Positions 44,025-55,321 of a DNA stretch of 64,000 nt are shown here, piece after piece. The translations under genes were made by a program, and so were the position numbers. The DNA is from an uncultured Verrucomicrobiae bacterium. Its GTDB lineage: Bacteria > Verrucomicrobiota > Verrucomicrobiia > Chthoniobacterales > JAATET01. The stretch spans positions 166,575 through 230,574 of the forward strand of contig CAVRCI010000014.1 of NCBI GenBank assembly GCA_963719495.1, in the 5' to 3' direction. The notes beneath the pieces are model-generated. The model was not told the DNA's origin. It did no database searches and saw only the letters and a program-made list of their open reading frames with translations. Numbering within the stretch: position 1 is the first letter of the stretch; every line of letters starts with the position of its first letter.

Positions 44025-44990
44025 ATGGAAGACGCGAAAATTCCGCAGCATGATTTCGGATTCGACCCGACGCACGGGTATGATCTCGAGGCGCTGCTGC
44101 GGGTGCGGGCTCCGGAGACGCCGACTGGTTTCGAGGCGTTCTGGCGGGCGAAATACGAGCGTGCTCTGGCCGTGCGCCCGAAGCCGAGGCTCCGGGATAC
44201 CGGGGAAACGCGGGATGGCTGGCAGGTCTGGGAATTATCCCACACGTCGACCGGGCGGACGGAGATCCGGGGTTGGGTTCTGCTGCCGGCGAGCGGGATC
44301 GTGCGGCGGGGGTTTGTGATCGGGCATGGCTACGGCGGACGGGATGCGCCGGAATTCAATCTGCCGCTGGGCGACTCGGCGCTGTTTTTCCCGTGTGCGC
44401 GCGGATTGGGGCGGAGTCGGCATGCGAAGATCTCGGCGGACGCGGCCTGGCACGTGCTGCACAACATTCAGGACCGGGAAAAATACGTCATTGGCGGCTG
44501 CGTCGAGGACGTGTGGGTGGCGGTGACGGCGCTGCTGAGAGTGTGTCCGCGGGTGGCGGGTCGGATCGGCTACGTGGGCGGGAGTTTTGGCGGTGGGATC
44601 GGGGCGTTGGCGCTGGCTTGGGACGATCGGATTGCGCGGGCGCACCTGGGCGTGCCGACGTTTGGGAATCAGCCGCTGCGGGCGAAGTTGGGATCGGTGG
44701 GGAGCGCGGCGAGCGTGCAGGCTTTCTTAGAAAGGCATCCGGAGGCGATGGGGACGCTGGCGTATCACGACGCGGCGGTGGCGGCGCGGTTCGTGCGGCA
44801 GCCGGTGCATTGCGCGTGCGCGTTGTTCGACCCGGCGGTGGCTCCGGCGGGGCAGTTTGCGGTGCACAACGAATTGCCGGGCGAAAAATCGTTGTTCGTC
44901 AAGCGGACGGGTCACTTTCCGCACCCGGAGCAGGGCGAAGAGGAACGCCGATTGCTACGAGAAATTCACGAATTTTTCCGCGACTTGTAG
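44025..44990 (+). CDS. Acetylxylan esterase / cephalosporin-C deacetylase-like (CE7-like)
   Basis: HGYGG, GGSFGGG nucleophile elbow, C-terminal D and GH. Confidence 0.8.
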   Translation: MEDAKIPQHDFGFDPTHGYDLEALLRVRAPETPTGFEAFWRAKYERALAVRPKPRLRDTGETRDGWQVWELSHTSTGRTEIRGWVLLPASGIVRRGFVIGHGYGGRDAPEFNLPLGDSALFFPCARGLGRSRHAKISADAAWHVLHNIQDREKYVIGGCVEDVWVAVTALLRVCPRVAGRIGYVGGSFGGGIGALALAWDDRIARAHLGVPTFGNQPLRAKLGSVGSAASVQAFLERHPEAMGTLAYHDAAVAARFVRQPVHCACALFDPAVAPAGQFAVHNELPGEKSLFVKRTGHFPHPEQGEEERRLLREIHEFFRDL

Positions 44991-45031
44991 CGCCGACCGG
45001 GCGGAGATTTTCGTTTGACGAATGATCCGCA

Positions 45032-45760
45032 ATGAACCGGGAATATCACAAGTGGTTTAGCTGGCGACTGGGGCGCGACATGGAGCTGCTTGTCTTCGGC
45101 CACGCCGGTCCGAAGATGCTCGTTTTCCCGACGCGGGGCGGTCGGTTTTACGAATACGAGAATCTGCGGATGATCGAGGTGCTGCGGCCGAAGATCGAGG
45201 CGGGTGAGCTGCAGGTCTTCTGCCTGGATAGCGTGGACGCGGAGAGTTTCTACTGTTTCTGGGCGCATCCGACGGGGCGGATCGGGCGGCATTCGCAATA
45301 CGAGGATTACGTGATCAACGAGGTGTTTCCGCTGATGACGGCGCTGAATCCCGACCCGACGGTGATCGCGCACGGTTGCAGTCTGGGCGCCTTTCACGCG
45401 GCGAACATGGCCTTTCGGCATCCGCATTTGTTCCGGAAATTGAAGGCCTTCTCGGGGCGCTACGATCTCACGCTGAGCGTGGAGCATTTCCGCGATCTCT
45501 TCGATGGCTACTACGACGAGACGATCTACCTCAATACGCCGACGCATTTTCTGCCCTACCTCGGGCGGGAGGATCACCTGAAGTCCCTGCGCGAGATGGA
45601 GATCACGCTTACGGTGGGGCAGGAGGATCCCTTCCGCGGGAACAACGAGGATCTGAGCAACATTCTGTCCGGGAAGGATGTCGGGCACGAGATCCACTTC
45701 TGGGGCGACCGCGCGCACCGCGGCTACTACTGGCGGCGGATGGCGGAAATCTATTTGTAG
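45032..45760 (+). CDS. Alpha/beta hydrolase esterase
   Basis: FGHAG, GCSLGAFHA, H...YWRRM. Confidence 0.8.
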   Translation: MNREYHKWFSWRLGRDMELLVFGHAGPKMLVFPTRGGRFYEYENLRMIEVLRPKIEAGELQVFCLDSVDAESFYCFWAHPTGRIGRHSQYEDYVINEVFPLMTALNPDPTVIAHGCSLGAFHAANMAFRHPHLFRKLKAFSGRYDLTLSVEHFRDLFDGYYDETIYLNTPTHFLPYLGREDHLKSLREMEITLTVGQEDPFRGNNEDLSNILSGKDVGHEIHFWGDRAHRGYYWRRMAEIYL

Positions 45761-45828
45761 GGTGCGGCAGCGGATCGGGACAGCGGTTTTGCTTTGCCTT
45801 CCGGCGGAGGAATCCTAACTTACGCCGC

Positions 45829-46365
45829 ATGGAATATTTCTGGCAGGCCGTGGAGCAGCCCTTCGTGTGGGGACTCGTTGCGGGACTTTTGGTTGCGGTG
45901 TTTTTTTGGTGGAACGGGATGACGTCGAAGTCGGCGATCAAGCGGGATCTCAAGCGGGTGAAGTCCGAGCATCGCGAGCTGCAGGGGCACCTCAATACGA
46001 CGATGAAGATCAGCGCATCGGGCAACGAGCAACTGGCGCGTGATCTGACCGCCCTGAAGACGCAGAACGAAAACCTGCGGGTGTCGCTCTCGACGCTTCA
46101 GCAGAAGCCGGGCCGGGCGGAGATCCGGCACCTGCACATTCTCGAGGGAGCGGTGCGGCGGATGCGGGAGCAGGCTCCGGGATTTGCCTCGGTCTGGGAG
46201 CAGGCCGTGCGGCAGTCGACGGAAGACGAGGAAGCCGCGGAGAGCGGGTTCTCGAAGCTGGTGCGCAAGGTGCTGCCGCGCTCGGAGACGGCTTCGGTGC
46301 GCGTCGGCGATGCCAGTAATCGACTGACGGACAAGTCTGGCGAGAACGAACGCTCGGATTCGTAG
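45829..46365 (+). CDS. Hypothetical single-TM coiled-coil protein
   Basis: N-terminal TM followed by heptad-rich helix. Confidence 0.65.
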   Translation: MEYFWQAVEQPFVWGLVAGLLVAVFFWWNGMTSKSAIKRDLKRVKSEHRELQGHLNTTMKISASGNEQLARDLTALKTQNENLRVSLSTLQQKPGRAEIRHLHILEGAVRRMREQAPGFASVWEQAVRQSTEDEEAAESGFSKLVRKVLPRSETASVRVGDASNRLTDKSGENERSDS

Positions 46366-46595
46366 GTTCGCGTCTCTGGGGCGGTTCCACTCCTGCCAGG
46401 CGTCTCGGTCGGATCGGCCCGGAGCTGAGAGGGCGCGTTCTGCGAGAGGGCGCGGGAATGCGTGGCGCGCCTTCCCGACCTCGGGTGGGTCCAGCGCTCC
46501 GGGGTGGGGTGTGAATTTGTTTCCGAGGGTTGGTTGACAGGTGGGGGGACCGCTGACAGTGTGCGCGTCCTCGATTTTCCCGGGGGACTCTCGTT

Positions 46596-48410
46596 ATGGA
46601 TAAAATCAGAAATATCGCGATCATCGCGCACGTCGATCACGGCAAAACAACGTTGGTGGATCAGTTGCTCAAACAATCCGGCACCTTCCGGAGCAACCAG
46701 AAGGTCGACGAGCGCGTCATGGACTCGATGGATCTCGAGAAGGAAAAGGGGATCACGATTCGTTCGAAGAACGCGGCCTACCGCTGGCAGGACTACCACG
46801 TGAACATCGTGGACACGCCGGGGCACGCCGACTTCGGCGGCGAGGTCGAGCGCATCATGCAGATGGTCGACGGCGTCCTGCTCGTGGTCGACAGTTACGA
46901 CGGACCGCAGGCGCAGACGAAGTTCGTGTTGCGCAAGGCGCTCGACAATGGTCTCAAGCCCATCGTCGTGATCAACAAGATTGATCGTGAGAACGCCCGG
47001 CCGCACAAGGTGCTCGACATGGTCTTCGAACTCTTCCTCGAACTCGACGCCACCGACGAGCAGCTCGACTTCGCGCACATTTACGCGAGTGCGAAGGAGG
47101 GTTTCGCCAAGAACGAGATCGATGAGGAGAGCGACACGATGGAGCCGCTCTACGAGGCGATCGTGAAGCACATGCCGGCTCCGACGATCGAACCGGAAGA
47201 GCATTTTCAATTCCTGGTTTCGAACCTGGATTACAGCGACTACCTCGGCCGAATCGCTTATGGACGGATCCGCAGTGGCTCGGTGAAGCAGGGACAGCGC
47301 CTCACGTGCATTCACGTCGACGGCAAGCGTGAGCAGGGGAACATCACGGCGATCTTCAGTCACGAGGGACTCGAGAAAGTGCAGATCGAGGAAGCGTTCG
47401 CGGGCGACATCGTCGGGTTGTCGGGATTCGAGGACGTCTTCATCGGTGAGACGATCACGGGCAAGGAGGATCAGGAGGCGCTGCCTTTCAACAAGATCGA
47501 TCCGCCGACGATGACGATGGGCATCTGCGTGAACGACGGACCGCTGGCTGGTCGCGAGGGCAAATTGCTCACGGCGCGGCAGATCCGCGACCGACTGATC
47601 AAGGAGACCCGCACGAACGTGTCGTTCCTCGTGAAAGACACCGAACTCGCCGGTCAGTTCGAAGTGAGTGCGCGCGGCGAAATGCAGATCGCGATTCTCG
47701 TCGAGCAGATGCGTCGCGAGGGATTCGAGATTCTGGTTTCGCGACCGGAGGTGATTTACCAGCGCGACGAGGACGGGAAATTGCTCGAGCCGATGGAGAC
47801 GCTCTACGTCGATGTCCCGACGGACGATCTGGGTGGCGTGCTCCAATCGCTGGCCGGCCGGAAGGCGGAGATTTTGGACATGCAGCACAACCCGCACACG
47901 GTGTTGGTGCAGTCGCTGATCCCGACGCGTGGCTTGATCGGATTCGAGACGGATCTCATCAACGCAACGAAGGGCCACGGCACGATGAGTCATTTGTTCA
48001 AGGAATACGGTCCGCACAAGGGCGACATTCCGAGCCGGAACAACGGCGTGCTGGTCTCGATGGAGACCGGCGTGAGCACGGCGTATTCGCTCGAGACGAT
48101 CTCGCAGCGCGGGCGTTTGTTCATCGGGCCCCAGGCCGAGATCTACGTCGGAATGATTATCGGCGAGAACGCCCGCCCGGACGACATGCCGGTGAACCCG
48201 TGCAAGCCCAAAAAGCTGACGAACATGCGATCCAGCGGCGACGGCAAGGGCATCCAGCTGTCACCGCCGGTGCTGATGGGTCTCGAGCGGGCTCTGGAAT
48301 ACATCGCTCCCGATGAATACGTCGAGGCGACTCCGAAATCGCTTCGGCTGCGCAAGAAGATCCTCGACGCGACGGCACGGAAGCGCGCGGTGGCGAAGGT
48401 CACGGTGTAG
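46596..48410 (+). CDS. typA: Translational GTPase TypA/BipA
   Basis: [35 protein letters not shown]. Confidence 0.97.
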   Translation: MDKIRNIAIIAHVDHGKTTLVDQLLKQSGTFRSNQKVDERVMDSMDLEKEKGITIRSKNAAYRWQDYHVNIVDTPGHADFGGEVERIMQMVDGVLLVVDSYDGPQAQTKFVLRKALDNGLKPIVVINKIDRENARPHKVLDMVFELFLELDATDEQLDFAHIYASAKEGFAKNEIDEESDTMEPLYEAIVKHMPAPTIEPEEHFQFLVSNLDYSDYLGRIAYGRIRSGSVKQGQRLTCIHVDGKREQGNITAIFSHEGLEKVQIEEAFAGDIVGLSGFEDVFIGETITGKEDQEALPFNKIDPPTMTMGICVNDGPLAGREGKLLTARQIRDRLIKETRTNVSFLVKDTELAGQFEVSARGEMQIAILVEQMRREGFEILVSRPEVIYQRDEDGKLLEPMETLYVDVPTDDLGGVLQSLAGRKAEILDMQHNPHTVLVQSLIPTRGLIGFETDLINATKGHGTMSHLFKEYGPHKGDIPSRNNGVLVSMETGVSTAYSLETISQRGRLFIGPQAEIYVGMIIGENARPDDMPVNPCKPKKLTNMRSSGDGKGIQLSPPVLMGLERALEYIAPDEYVEATPKSLRLRKKILDATARKRAVAKVTV

Positions 48411-48573
48411 CGCATTTTCGCTTCGGCGATCCTCCGCTTGCCGCCTCCGGTGGAGCGGGCGCTCGGCGCCCGCTGACGCGCGGCTTCGTCGGCAGCTCCT
48501 GCTGAGGGTCAAAACCGGGCTCGGAAGGATGGGGTTGGCGCTTCCGGTCCAATCGGGTATCCTCTGACGCATC

Positions 48574-49590
48574 ATGCAAATCCCTTCAGGAAAATCTTGG
48601 AGACTCGGCGCAATTTCCGCACTTCTCTCGATCGCGGTCGGCGGCGAGAGCCGGGCGTGGGTGGCGATCGGCGACGTCTGGGGTGTGCCGGTGATCGAGA
48701 TCGAGACGGATCTCGGCACGCGGGAGGACGGCGGCGGGGCGGCGGGGCCGCTGCGAGATGGCTCGGCGGACTTCGACGTCGCGTTCGCTCAGGCCGCCGC
48801 CCGCTGGAACGTCGTGTTGGAAAAGCCGCGATTGGTCGTGACTGCCAACTCCGCGATGGTGCCGACGGACGGGGATGTCCGGAATCAGGTCTTCTTCAGC
48901 GACTCGGTCTACGGGGTCAGCTTCGGGGATGCGGTGGCGGTGACCGTCGGATTTACCTACGACCCGGTGCCGGGCGGGCCGGGGTTCCTCGAGACGGCGG
49001 AGAAGGACATCATCTTCAACAGCGCTTTCGAATGGGATTCCTATCGGGGCGAATTGGTTGCCGACTCGACGGATGAGCGGTTTTTACAGGATTTCCGGAG
49101 GATCGCGATTCACGAACTCGGGCACCTGCTCGGGCTGGATCATCCGAACAAAGCCACGCCCGTGCAGACCGTCGCGGCGATCATGAATTCGGGCGGGAGC
49201 CAGTTCGTCGAGGATCTCAAGGCGGACGACATCGAAGGGGCGAACGCCATCTACCGCGACGTGGTCTACGCGGGTCCGGAGATCGCCGAGACCGTCGAGG
49301 TCCCGTCGATTCGTCTCGCGGACGCCCGGCAATCCCGGGTGAGGACCCGGAAGCGGGCGATCGTTTTTCGGGGATTTCTCACCGGCGGAACGAAGGCGGC
49401 ACTGCAGAATCGCCGGACGGGAACCACGAAGTTTTTTCGGGCGGCGGCTGATGGTTCCTGGCGGGGGAGGATGAAATTGGAACCGGGGCGCAACAAATTC
49501 CTCATCGTCTCGGTGGACGAAGCCGGCTTCGCGATGGCTCTGACCAAGGCGGTGGTCGTCCGCAAGGTCCGCAAGGATCGGCGGCGCTAG
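48574..49590 (+). CDS. Secreted matrixin-like (M10) metalloprotease
   Basis: Signal peptide; HELGHLLGLDH; AIMNS Met-turn; DDIEG. Confidence 0.85.
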   Translation: MQIPSGKSWRLGAISALLSIAVGGESRAWVAIGDVWGVPVIEIETDLGTREDGGGAAGPLRDGSADFDVAFAQAAARWNVVLEKPRLVVTANSAMVPTDGDVRNQVFFSDSVYGVSFGDAVAVTVGFTYDPVPGGPGFLETAEKDIIFNSAFEWDSYRGELVADSTDERFLQDFRRIAIHELGHLLGLDHPNKATPVQTVAAIMNSGGSQFVEDLKADDIEGANAIYRDVVYAGPEIAETVEVPSIRLADARQSRVRTRKRAIVFRGFLTGGTKAALQNRRTGTTKFFRAAADGSWRGRMKLEPGRNKFLIVSVDEAGFAMALTKAVVVRKVRKDRRR

Positions 49591-49593
49591 CGG

Positions 49594-49977
49594 ATGGCTC
49601 GCCCCGGTAAAAAAATCCCCGTTGGCGACCGGGCGGGTCAGCTCACCGGGACGCCCTTCGGCGGTCTCGATCTCGGGGAGCTGCCCGCCGGTCCGGAGGA
49701 CGCGGCCGACGAAATGACGGTGGTACCACGCATCGGCGGAAGGGTGGTGCTCCGGCGGGAAAAATCCCAGCGGGGCGGCAAGGTCGTGATCGTCGCAGGT
49801 GGGTTCGACGAGGCGATTGCGGACCAGCGGTTGGAGGAACTGGCGCGGCGGGCGAGGCGGAGCTGCGGGTGCGGGGGGACCCTGAGGGGTCGGGAGGTCG
49901 AGCTGCAGGGTGATCACGCCGGGCGGGTGCGGGATTTTTTCGAAGGCGAGGGATTTCGGGTGGATGGCGAACGGTGA
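49594..49977 (+). CDS. Translation initiation factor SUI1 (YciH-like)
   Basis: RGGKVV, CGCGGT, VELQGDH. Confidence 0.85.
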   Translation: MARPGKKIPVGDRAGQLTGTPFGGLDLGELPAGPEDAADEMTVVPRIGGRVVLRREKSQRGGKVVIVAGGFDEAIADQRLEELARRARRSCGCGGTLRGREVELQGDHAGRVRDFFEGEGFRVDGER

Positions 49978-50063
49978 GGATCGTGGTCCCGTTTTGCGCG
50001 AGGAATCATCGGACACCGTAATCGTCGGTGGCGCTCCGGACCAAATTGCGTAGCTTGAACGGT

Positions 50064-50624
50064 ATGGGAACAAGAACGACAATTTTCGCGGTCGCGCTGG
50101 CCTGCGTTGGAACGGTGGGGGCGACCTCACTCGTTCCGATGAGCTTCGACGATCAAGTGCGCGAGGCGGAACAGATTTTTCTCGGAAAAACCGTCGTGGT
50201 CGAAGCCGAAAGACGTTCAACCGAGCAGGGCAATGCCATTTTCTCGAAGGTTACTTTCGAGGTGCTCGATCGCTACAAAGGCGAAGGTGAGGCGCGGGTC
50301 ACGCTTGAATTTCTCGGTGGGACCATCGGGGACGAGTCGATGATCGTCGAGGGGATCCCGACCTTCGATCTGGGCGAGGAAATGGTGTTGTTCGTTTCGG
50401 CGGACCGGACCCGGGTATGTCCGGTGGTGGGATGGTCGCGGGGCAAATTCGAAGTCGAGCGGGCCGCCGGGGGCGAGGGCGTCGTGATGTTACCGGTGGA
50501 GGCTCAGCGGGCGGCGAGCGGAGCGCGAGCCCGGGCGGTGCTGCGGTCGGATGATCGCATGACGCTCACGGATTTCGAAGGCCTGCTCGAATCGAAGGTG
50601 GGGGAGCTGGATTCCACCCGATGA
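50064..50624 (+). CDS. Secreted hypothetical protein (OB/NTR-like), coupled to protease
   Basis: Signal peptide; EAEQIFLGK...VTFEVLDRYKG...GEEMVLFV; ATGA overlap with the next gene. Confidence 0.65.
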   Translation: MGTRTTIFAVALACVGTVGATSLVPMSFDDQVREAEQIFLGKTVVVEAERRSTEQGNAIFSKVTFEVLDRYKGEGEARVTLEFLGGTIGDESMIVEGIPTFDLGEEMVLFVSADRTRVCPVVGWSRGKFEVERAAGGEGVVMLPVEAQRAASGARARAVLRSDDRMTLTDFEGLLESKVGELDSTR

Positions 50625-51556
50625 AGGGCTGGCTTCGATGGGTGGTGGCCGCTGTGGGAATCGGTGGGATCGCGGGACCGGCGGATGCCTTCCAGGTCTC
50701 GGGCGATTCCTGGCCCGGCCCCGAGATTGTGATGGAATTGCAGCTGGGGAGTTCGGGTGGCCCGCTCACGGATGGCAGCGTCAGTTGGGGACAGGCGGTT
50801 GAGGGAGCCTTGGCGAGTTGGAATCTGGTGCTCGCGACGACTCAATTTCGGGTTGTCCGCGATTCCACGGCTCCGATTTCGTTCCGCAACAGTTTCAACA
50901 ACGTCTACTTCGATACGAAAGTCGACGGAGGCTCTTTCGGTGGAGCGGTTGCGATCACGATCTTCCGGACGCGTGGCACGGAGATCACCGAAGGGGACGT
51001 GGTTTTCAATTCCAGCCTTCCCTACGATTCCTACCGCGGACCTTTGAAGCGGGGAGCTGATGGCAGCACGATCTACGACATCCGGCGGGTGGCCTTGCAC
51101 GAGTTCGGCCACGTGCTGGGCCTCGATCACCCCGATCAATTTGGCCAGAACGTCGTGGCGGTCATGAACAGCCGCGTCTCCAACACCGACGACCTCCAGA
51201 GTGACGATATCGCCGGGGGGCAGGCGATCTACGGGGCAAGGCCGGGCGGCGGCGGTGGGGTCGAGCCGCGTTCGGGTGTGGTGGGACAGGTGAGCAAGCC
51301 CGCGAAGCGAAAAGTTGCGACGAACAATCGACGCTTCACTCTCCGAGGATTCGCGAACCGGGCGGAAGGAGCCCGGCGGGTCGTTCTGGAGAATAATCGT
51401 TTCCGCGGCGAGACCTACCGGGCGCGCGGGGTGACGAACTGGCGGGCGAAGGTGGACCTCAAGCGCGGCAGGAATCGGGTGAAGGTTTTCGTCGAAGACC
51501 GCGAGGGCACGCGGACCCGGGTGCGCTCGGTGATCATTCTCCGGCAAGGTCGGTAG
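50621..51556 (+). CDS. Secreted matrixin-like (M10) metalloprotease, paralogue
   Basis: HEFGHVLGLDH; AVMNS; shares GPL.DGS and DSYRG motifs and a basic C-terminal domain with the 48574 gene. Confidence 0.85.
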   Translation: MKGWLRWVVAAVGIGGIAGPADAFQVSGDSWPGPEIVMELQLGSSGGPLTDGSVSWGQAVEGALASWNLVLATTQFRVVRDSTAPISFRNSFNNVYFDTKVDGGSFGGAVAITIFRTRGTEITEGDVVFNSSLPYDSYRGPLKRGADGSTIYDIRRVALHEFGHVLGLDHPDQFGQNVVAVMNSRVSNTDDLQSDDIAGGQAIYGARPGGGGGVEPRSGVVGQVSKPAKRKVATNNRRFTLRGFANRAEGARRVVLENNRFRGETYRARGVTNWRAKVDLKRGRNRVKVFVEDREGTRTRVRSVIILRQGR

Positions 51557-51569
51557 ATTTCGAGTCTGC

Positions 51570-52050
51570 GAGGAAAAGAGTCGGTGGTGGGGTCGGACCG
51601 GAGGTGGACTCCGTGACCCGGATCGACGTGAAGGACACCGAGGTCGTAAACGGCACGAACGTTTCCGAGTTCGAACGCGAAACGGAAGCATTCCTCCGCG
51701 GTCTCGACGTCGACGTTGACTCCGGATCCGTTGAGGCACGCCGTGCCGAGGCCCCCGATTGCCACGGCGTTGCCATTCGCGGCGGCGAGGGAATTCCATC
51801 GAAACGCGGCCTCGAAGTCCACGGCCACGCCCTGCCCGCGCTCGTAGCAAGAGCCCGGATTCGATCGGACTTCCGGGACGCTGGCTTCGGCGGCGGGTCG
51901 CATCCATTTGATCGCTTCGTCCGCGTCGCGCGGGAGGGTGCTGCCGTCGAGGTATAAGTAACCGAGTTCGCTCCACGCGCTGAAAAATCCCCCTTCGCCA
52001 GCCGAGCGGAGCTGGGACTATTTGTTTGCGCTCCCGGATTGGGGCAGACC
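51570..52050 (-). pseudogene. Sel1-repeat protein remnant
   Basis: ELGYLYLDG, CYERGQGVAVDFEAAFRW, NGSGVNVDVETA; apparent frameshift near 51980; boundaries approximate. Confidence 0.6.
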
Positions 52051-52214
52051 AAGCTTTCACGTCCAGGATCGATCGGGGTCCGGGAAAAACTTGGTGCGAA
52101 TCCCATGATTCACGAGGGAAATTCTCAGACTGATTGGAGGGTCCCGTCGCGTTCACGGACGACCAAGGGCGGCAGCTTGGGAAAATTTGGTATCGGATTT
52201 TGAAATTTGAAAGA

Positions 52215-54167
52215 ATGATGGGCGGGGTGAATTGGCGGGAAATGGGTTATCTGCGTTGCGCCGTCGTGACTCCGGAACTGCGGGTGGCGGACGTCGCGGC
52301 GAACTTGGAGGCGACGATCGGCGCGATGCGTGCGTTGGCGGACGAGGGAGTCGACTTGGCGGTTTTCCCCGAATTGGGGCTCACGGGTTACAGCTGCGCG
52401 GATCTCTTTTACCAACCGGGCCTGGTCGAGGCGGCGGTCGCGGCGCTGGATGAAATCGTGGCGGCGGTGGTCGAAACCGAGCTTGCGGTGGTGGTGGGTC
52501 TGCCGATGGTCGTCGAGTCGCGGCTCTACAATTGCGCGGCAATCGTGTCGGCGGATGGGGTGATCGGGATCGTGCCGAAGACGTGCCTGCCGACGACTGG
52601 CGAATTTTACGAAGAGCGTTGGTTCGCGCGGGCGGAGACGCTGACGACCGAAGACGTGTTGGTCGGCGACCGCCTGGTGCCCGTCGGGACGGATCTCATT
52701 TTTGCGAGTCCGACGGACCCACGGCTGCGGCTGGGCGTCGAGGTTTGCGAGGATTTGTGGGGCGTCGAGCCGCTGAGCGGGCCGCTGGCCACGGCGGGCG
52801 CGACGATTATCGCGAACCCTTCGGCAAGCAACGAGATCCTGGGGAAAGCTGAATACCGGCGTGAGCTCGTGCGGCAGCAGAGTGCGCGGTGCCTGGCGGG
52901 TTACCTCTACGCGAGCGCCGGGGCGGGGGAATCTTCGACGGACATCGTTTATTCGGGGCACGGATTGATCGCGGAGTGCGGGGCGGATCTGGCCGAAACG
53001 GAGCGGTTCAAATTCGAGACGACGTGGGCGATCTCGGACGTGGATCTGGACCGGGTGCGGGGCGACCGGCTGGTCAACGGGACCTTCGCCGCCTCGGCGG
53101 CGGGGGATGACTGGAGGTTTGTGCCCCTGCGGCTCGGGGCGAAATCTGAACCAATGAACGGACTGACCCCCCGGCGGGTGGTGGCGCGGACGCCGTTCAT
53201 TCCGGCGGATGGGGCGCGGCGGGCGGCGGATTGCCGGGAGATTTTTGCGATTCAGTCGACGGGGCTCGCGCGGCGGTTGCGGCACACGGGGGCGAAGGCG
53301 GCGGTGATCGGGGTGTCGGGCGGGTTGGATTCGACGCTCGCTTTGCTGGTGACGATTCGGGCGCTTGAGGTGGCGGGGCTGGACGCATCGGCGGTCGAGG
53401 CGGTCGTGATGCCGGGGCCGGGGAGCTCGGATCGCACGCAGGGGAACGCGCGGAAATTGGCCGAGGCTCTGAGAACGACGGTGCGGGTGATCCCGATCGG
53501 CGAGGCGGTCGATCAGCACCTGCGCGCCATCGGGCATCCCGACGGGCTGCACGATGCGACCTACGAAAACGTGCAGGCGCGGGAGCGGACGCAGTTGCTC
53601 ATGAGCGTGGCGAACCAGACGGGCGGCCTGGTCGTGGGGACGGGCGATTTGTCGGAGCTGGCGCTCGGGTGGTGCACCTACAACGGCGACCACATGTCGA
53701 TGTATCACGTGAACGCCGGGGTGCCCAAGACGCTGGTGCGGCATCTGATCGAGTGGTGCGCGGACGAGGAGTTCGAGGGCGCGGTCGTCGACTTGCTGCG
53801 GGACATCGTGGCCACGCCGATCTCGCCCGAGCTGGTGCCGACGGATGGCGGATTGCAGGATACGGAGGCGGCGATTGGGCCTTACGTGCTGCACGACTTT
53901 TTTCTGTATCACGTGGTGCGGCTGCGCGAGCGGCCGGCGAAGGTCTTTGCGCTGGCGCGCGGAGTCTTCGACGGGGAATTCGGCGAGGACGAGATTCGGG
54001 TGACTCTGCGGACGTTCTACCGGCGGTTTTTTGCGAATCAATTCAAGCGGTCGGCGATGCCGGACGGGCCGAAGGTCGGGACGGTGGCTCTGTCGCCGCG
54101 CGGGGATTGGCGGATGCCGAGCGACGCCTCGGCGGCTCTGTGGCTCGCGGAGGTGGACGCGTTGTGA
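52215..54167 (+). CDS. nadE: Glutamine-dependent NAD+ synthetase
   Basis: FPEL, VPKT, EVCEDLW nitrilase triad; SGGLDST; ENVQARERT; QFKRS. Confidence 0.95.
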   Translation: MMGGVNWREMGYLRCAVVTPELRVADVAANLEATIGAMRALADEGVDLAVFPELGLTGYSCADLFYQPGLVEAAVAALDEIVAAVVETELAVVVGLPMVVESRLYNCAAIVSADGVIGIVPKTCLPTTGEFYEERWFARAETLTTEDVLVGDRLVPVGTDLIFASPTDPRLRLGVEVCEDLWGVEPLSGPLATAGATIIANPSASNEILGKAEYRRELVRQQSARCLAGYLYASAGAGESSTDIVYSGHGLIAECGADLAETERFKFETTWAISDVDLDRVRGDRLVNGTFAASAAGDDWRFVPLRLGAKSEPMNGLTPRRVVARTPFIPADGARRAADCREIFAIQSTGLARRLRHTGAKAAVIGVSGGLDSTLALLVTIRALEVAGLDASAVEAVVMPGPGSSDRTQGNARKLAEALRTTVRVIPIGEAVDQHLRAIGHPDGLHDATYENVQARERTQLLMSVANQTGGLVVGTGDLSELALGWCTYNGDHMSMYHVNAGVPKTLVRHLIEWCADEEFEGAVVDLLRDIVATPISPELVPTDGGLQDTEAAIGPYVLHDFFLYHVVRLRERPAKVFALARGVFDGEFGEDEIRVTLRTFYRRFFANQFKRSAMPDGPKVGTVALSPRGDWRMPSDASAALWLAEVDAL

Positions 54168-54304
54168 TGGCTTCGTTCCGATTCGTAGCGAAGGCGCGCC
54201 GCGCGTTCCGTGGCTCGTTCTTGGGGCGCTCGAACGCGTTTGGTGCGGTGGTTTGCGGGCTTGTTTGCCGAGTATCGCGGATTTTTTGGTTGGTGATCTT
54301 CACC

Positions 54305-54347
54305 GGTGACCAGAAGTGGGAACCCGGCGGCGCGGCTTCCCTACCTT
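54305..54347. repeat. 43-bp dispersed REP-like repeat, second copy
   Basis: Identical to 29061-29103. Confidence 0.85.
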
Positions 54348-54408
54348 TTGGTTGGGACGAATTCGTTTTGGAGTTTTGGGCTGAAGGGCGTTACATGCGG
54401 GGAGTTGT

Positions 54409-55281
54409 ATGAGTCTGGAGAGTGGACACCACGTCGTGAGGACGTTTGGCGCGGAGAGCACGGTCTCGTCTCCGGCGAAGTTTTTCGGGGAGATGTGGAC
54501 GGACCTGCTCCAGAGCCGCCAGTTGGCCGGGATGCTGGCCTACCGGGATCTCAAGGCTCAGTTCCGACAATCGTTCCTGGGTTGGTTCTGGCTGATCATC
54601 CCGCCGCTGATGTGGACGATCGGGATGACGGTGCTTCGCCGCAACAACCTGGCGGATCTCGGGAAAACCGACATCTACTACCCGGCCTACGTGCTGATCA
54701 GTATGTCGATGTGGCAGATGTTTCAGGCGGCGTTGAAGGGGCCGATGATGGCAATGAACCTCAACAAGGGAATTCTCACCAAGGTGCGCTTTCCGCGGGA
54801 AGCGATCATCCTCGCGGACGTGATGAAGTTGGGGGTCGAGATCGTCGTTTACCTTCTGCTGATCATCGCGGCGTTCTTCGTTTACCACATCCCCCTAGGC
54901 TGGACGGTGCTGTTGTTTCCGTTTGCCTACCTGATGCTGGTGATGCTGGGGACGATGATCGGGCTGCTGCTCGCGCCCATCGGACTGCTCTACCGGGACA
55001 TTGGGGCCATGCTGCCCTACATGATGATGGCGGGTCTGGTGATCACTCCGGTGATCTTCCCCATGCCTTCGCCGGACAACGACGGGTGGTTCGCCACGGT
55101 GGTGCGCTGGAATCCGGTGACGCCGGTGCTGGTGACGGCGCGGGAACTGGCGACAAGCCAGCCACTGACGATGTTGCCGCAGTTTGCGGTGATGATCGTC
55201 GTGATCGTGGTGGGATTGGTTCTCGCGATGGCGCTGCTGCGAGCGGCGACGCCGCAGATCGTGGAACGGTGGAGTTCGTAG
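54409..55281 (+). CDS. wzm: Polysaccharide ABC transporter permease (Wzm-like)
   Basis: RDLKAQFRQSFLGWFW, YRDIG, TPVIFP, WNP. Confidence 0.85.
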   Translation: MSLESGHHVVRTFGAESTVSSPAKFFGEMWTDLLQSRQLAGMLAYRDLKAQFRQSFLGWFWLIIPPLMWTIGMTVLRRNNLADLGKTDIYYPAYVLISMSMWQMFQAALKGPMMAMNLNKGILTKVRFPREAIILADVMKLGVEIVVYLLLIIAAFFVYHIPLGWTVLLFPFAYLMLVMLGTMIGLLLAPIGLLYRDIGAMLPYMMMAGLVITPVIFPMPSPDNDGWFATVVRWNPVTPVLVTARELATSQPLTMLPQFAVMIVVIVVGLVLAMALLRAATPQIVERWSS

Positions 55282-55321
55282 GAATTTTGGATTTGAGAAT
55301 TTTGATTTTGGATCGAGTGGG

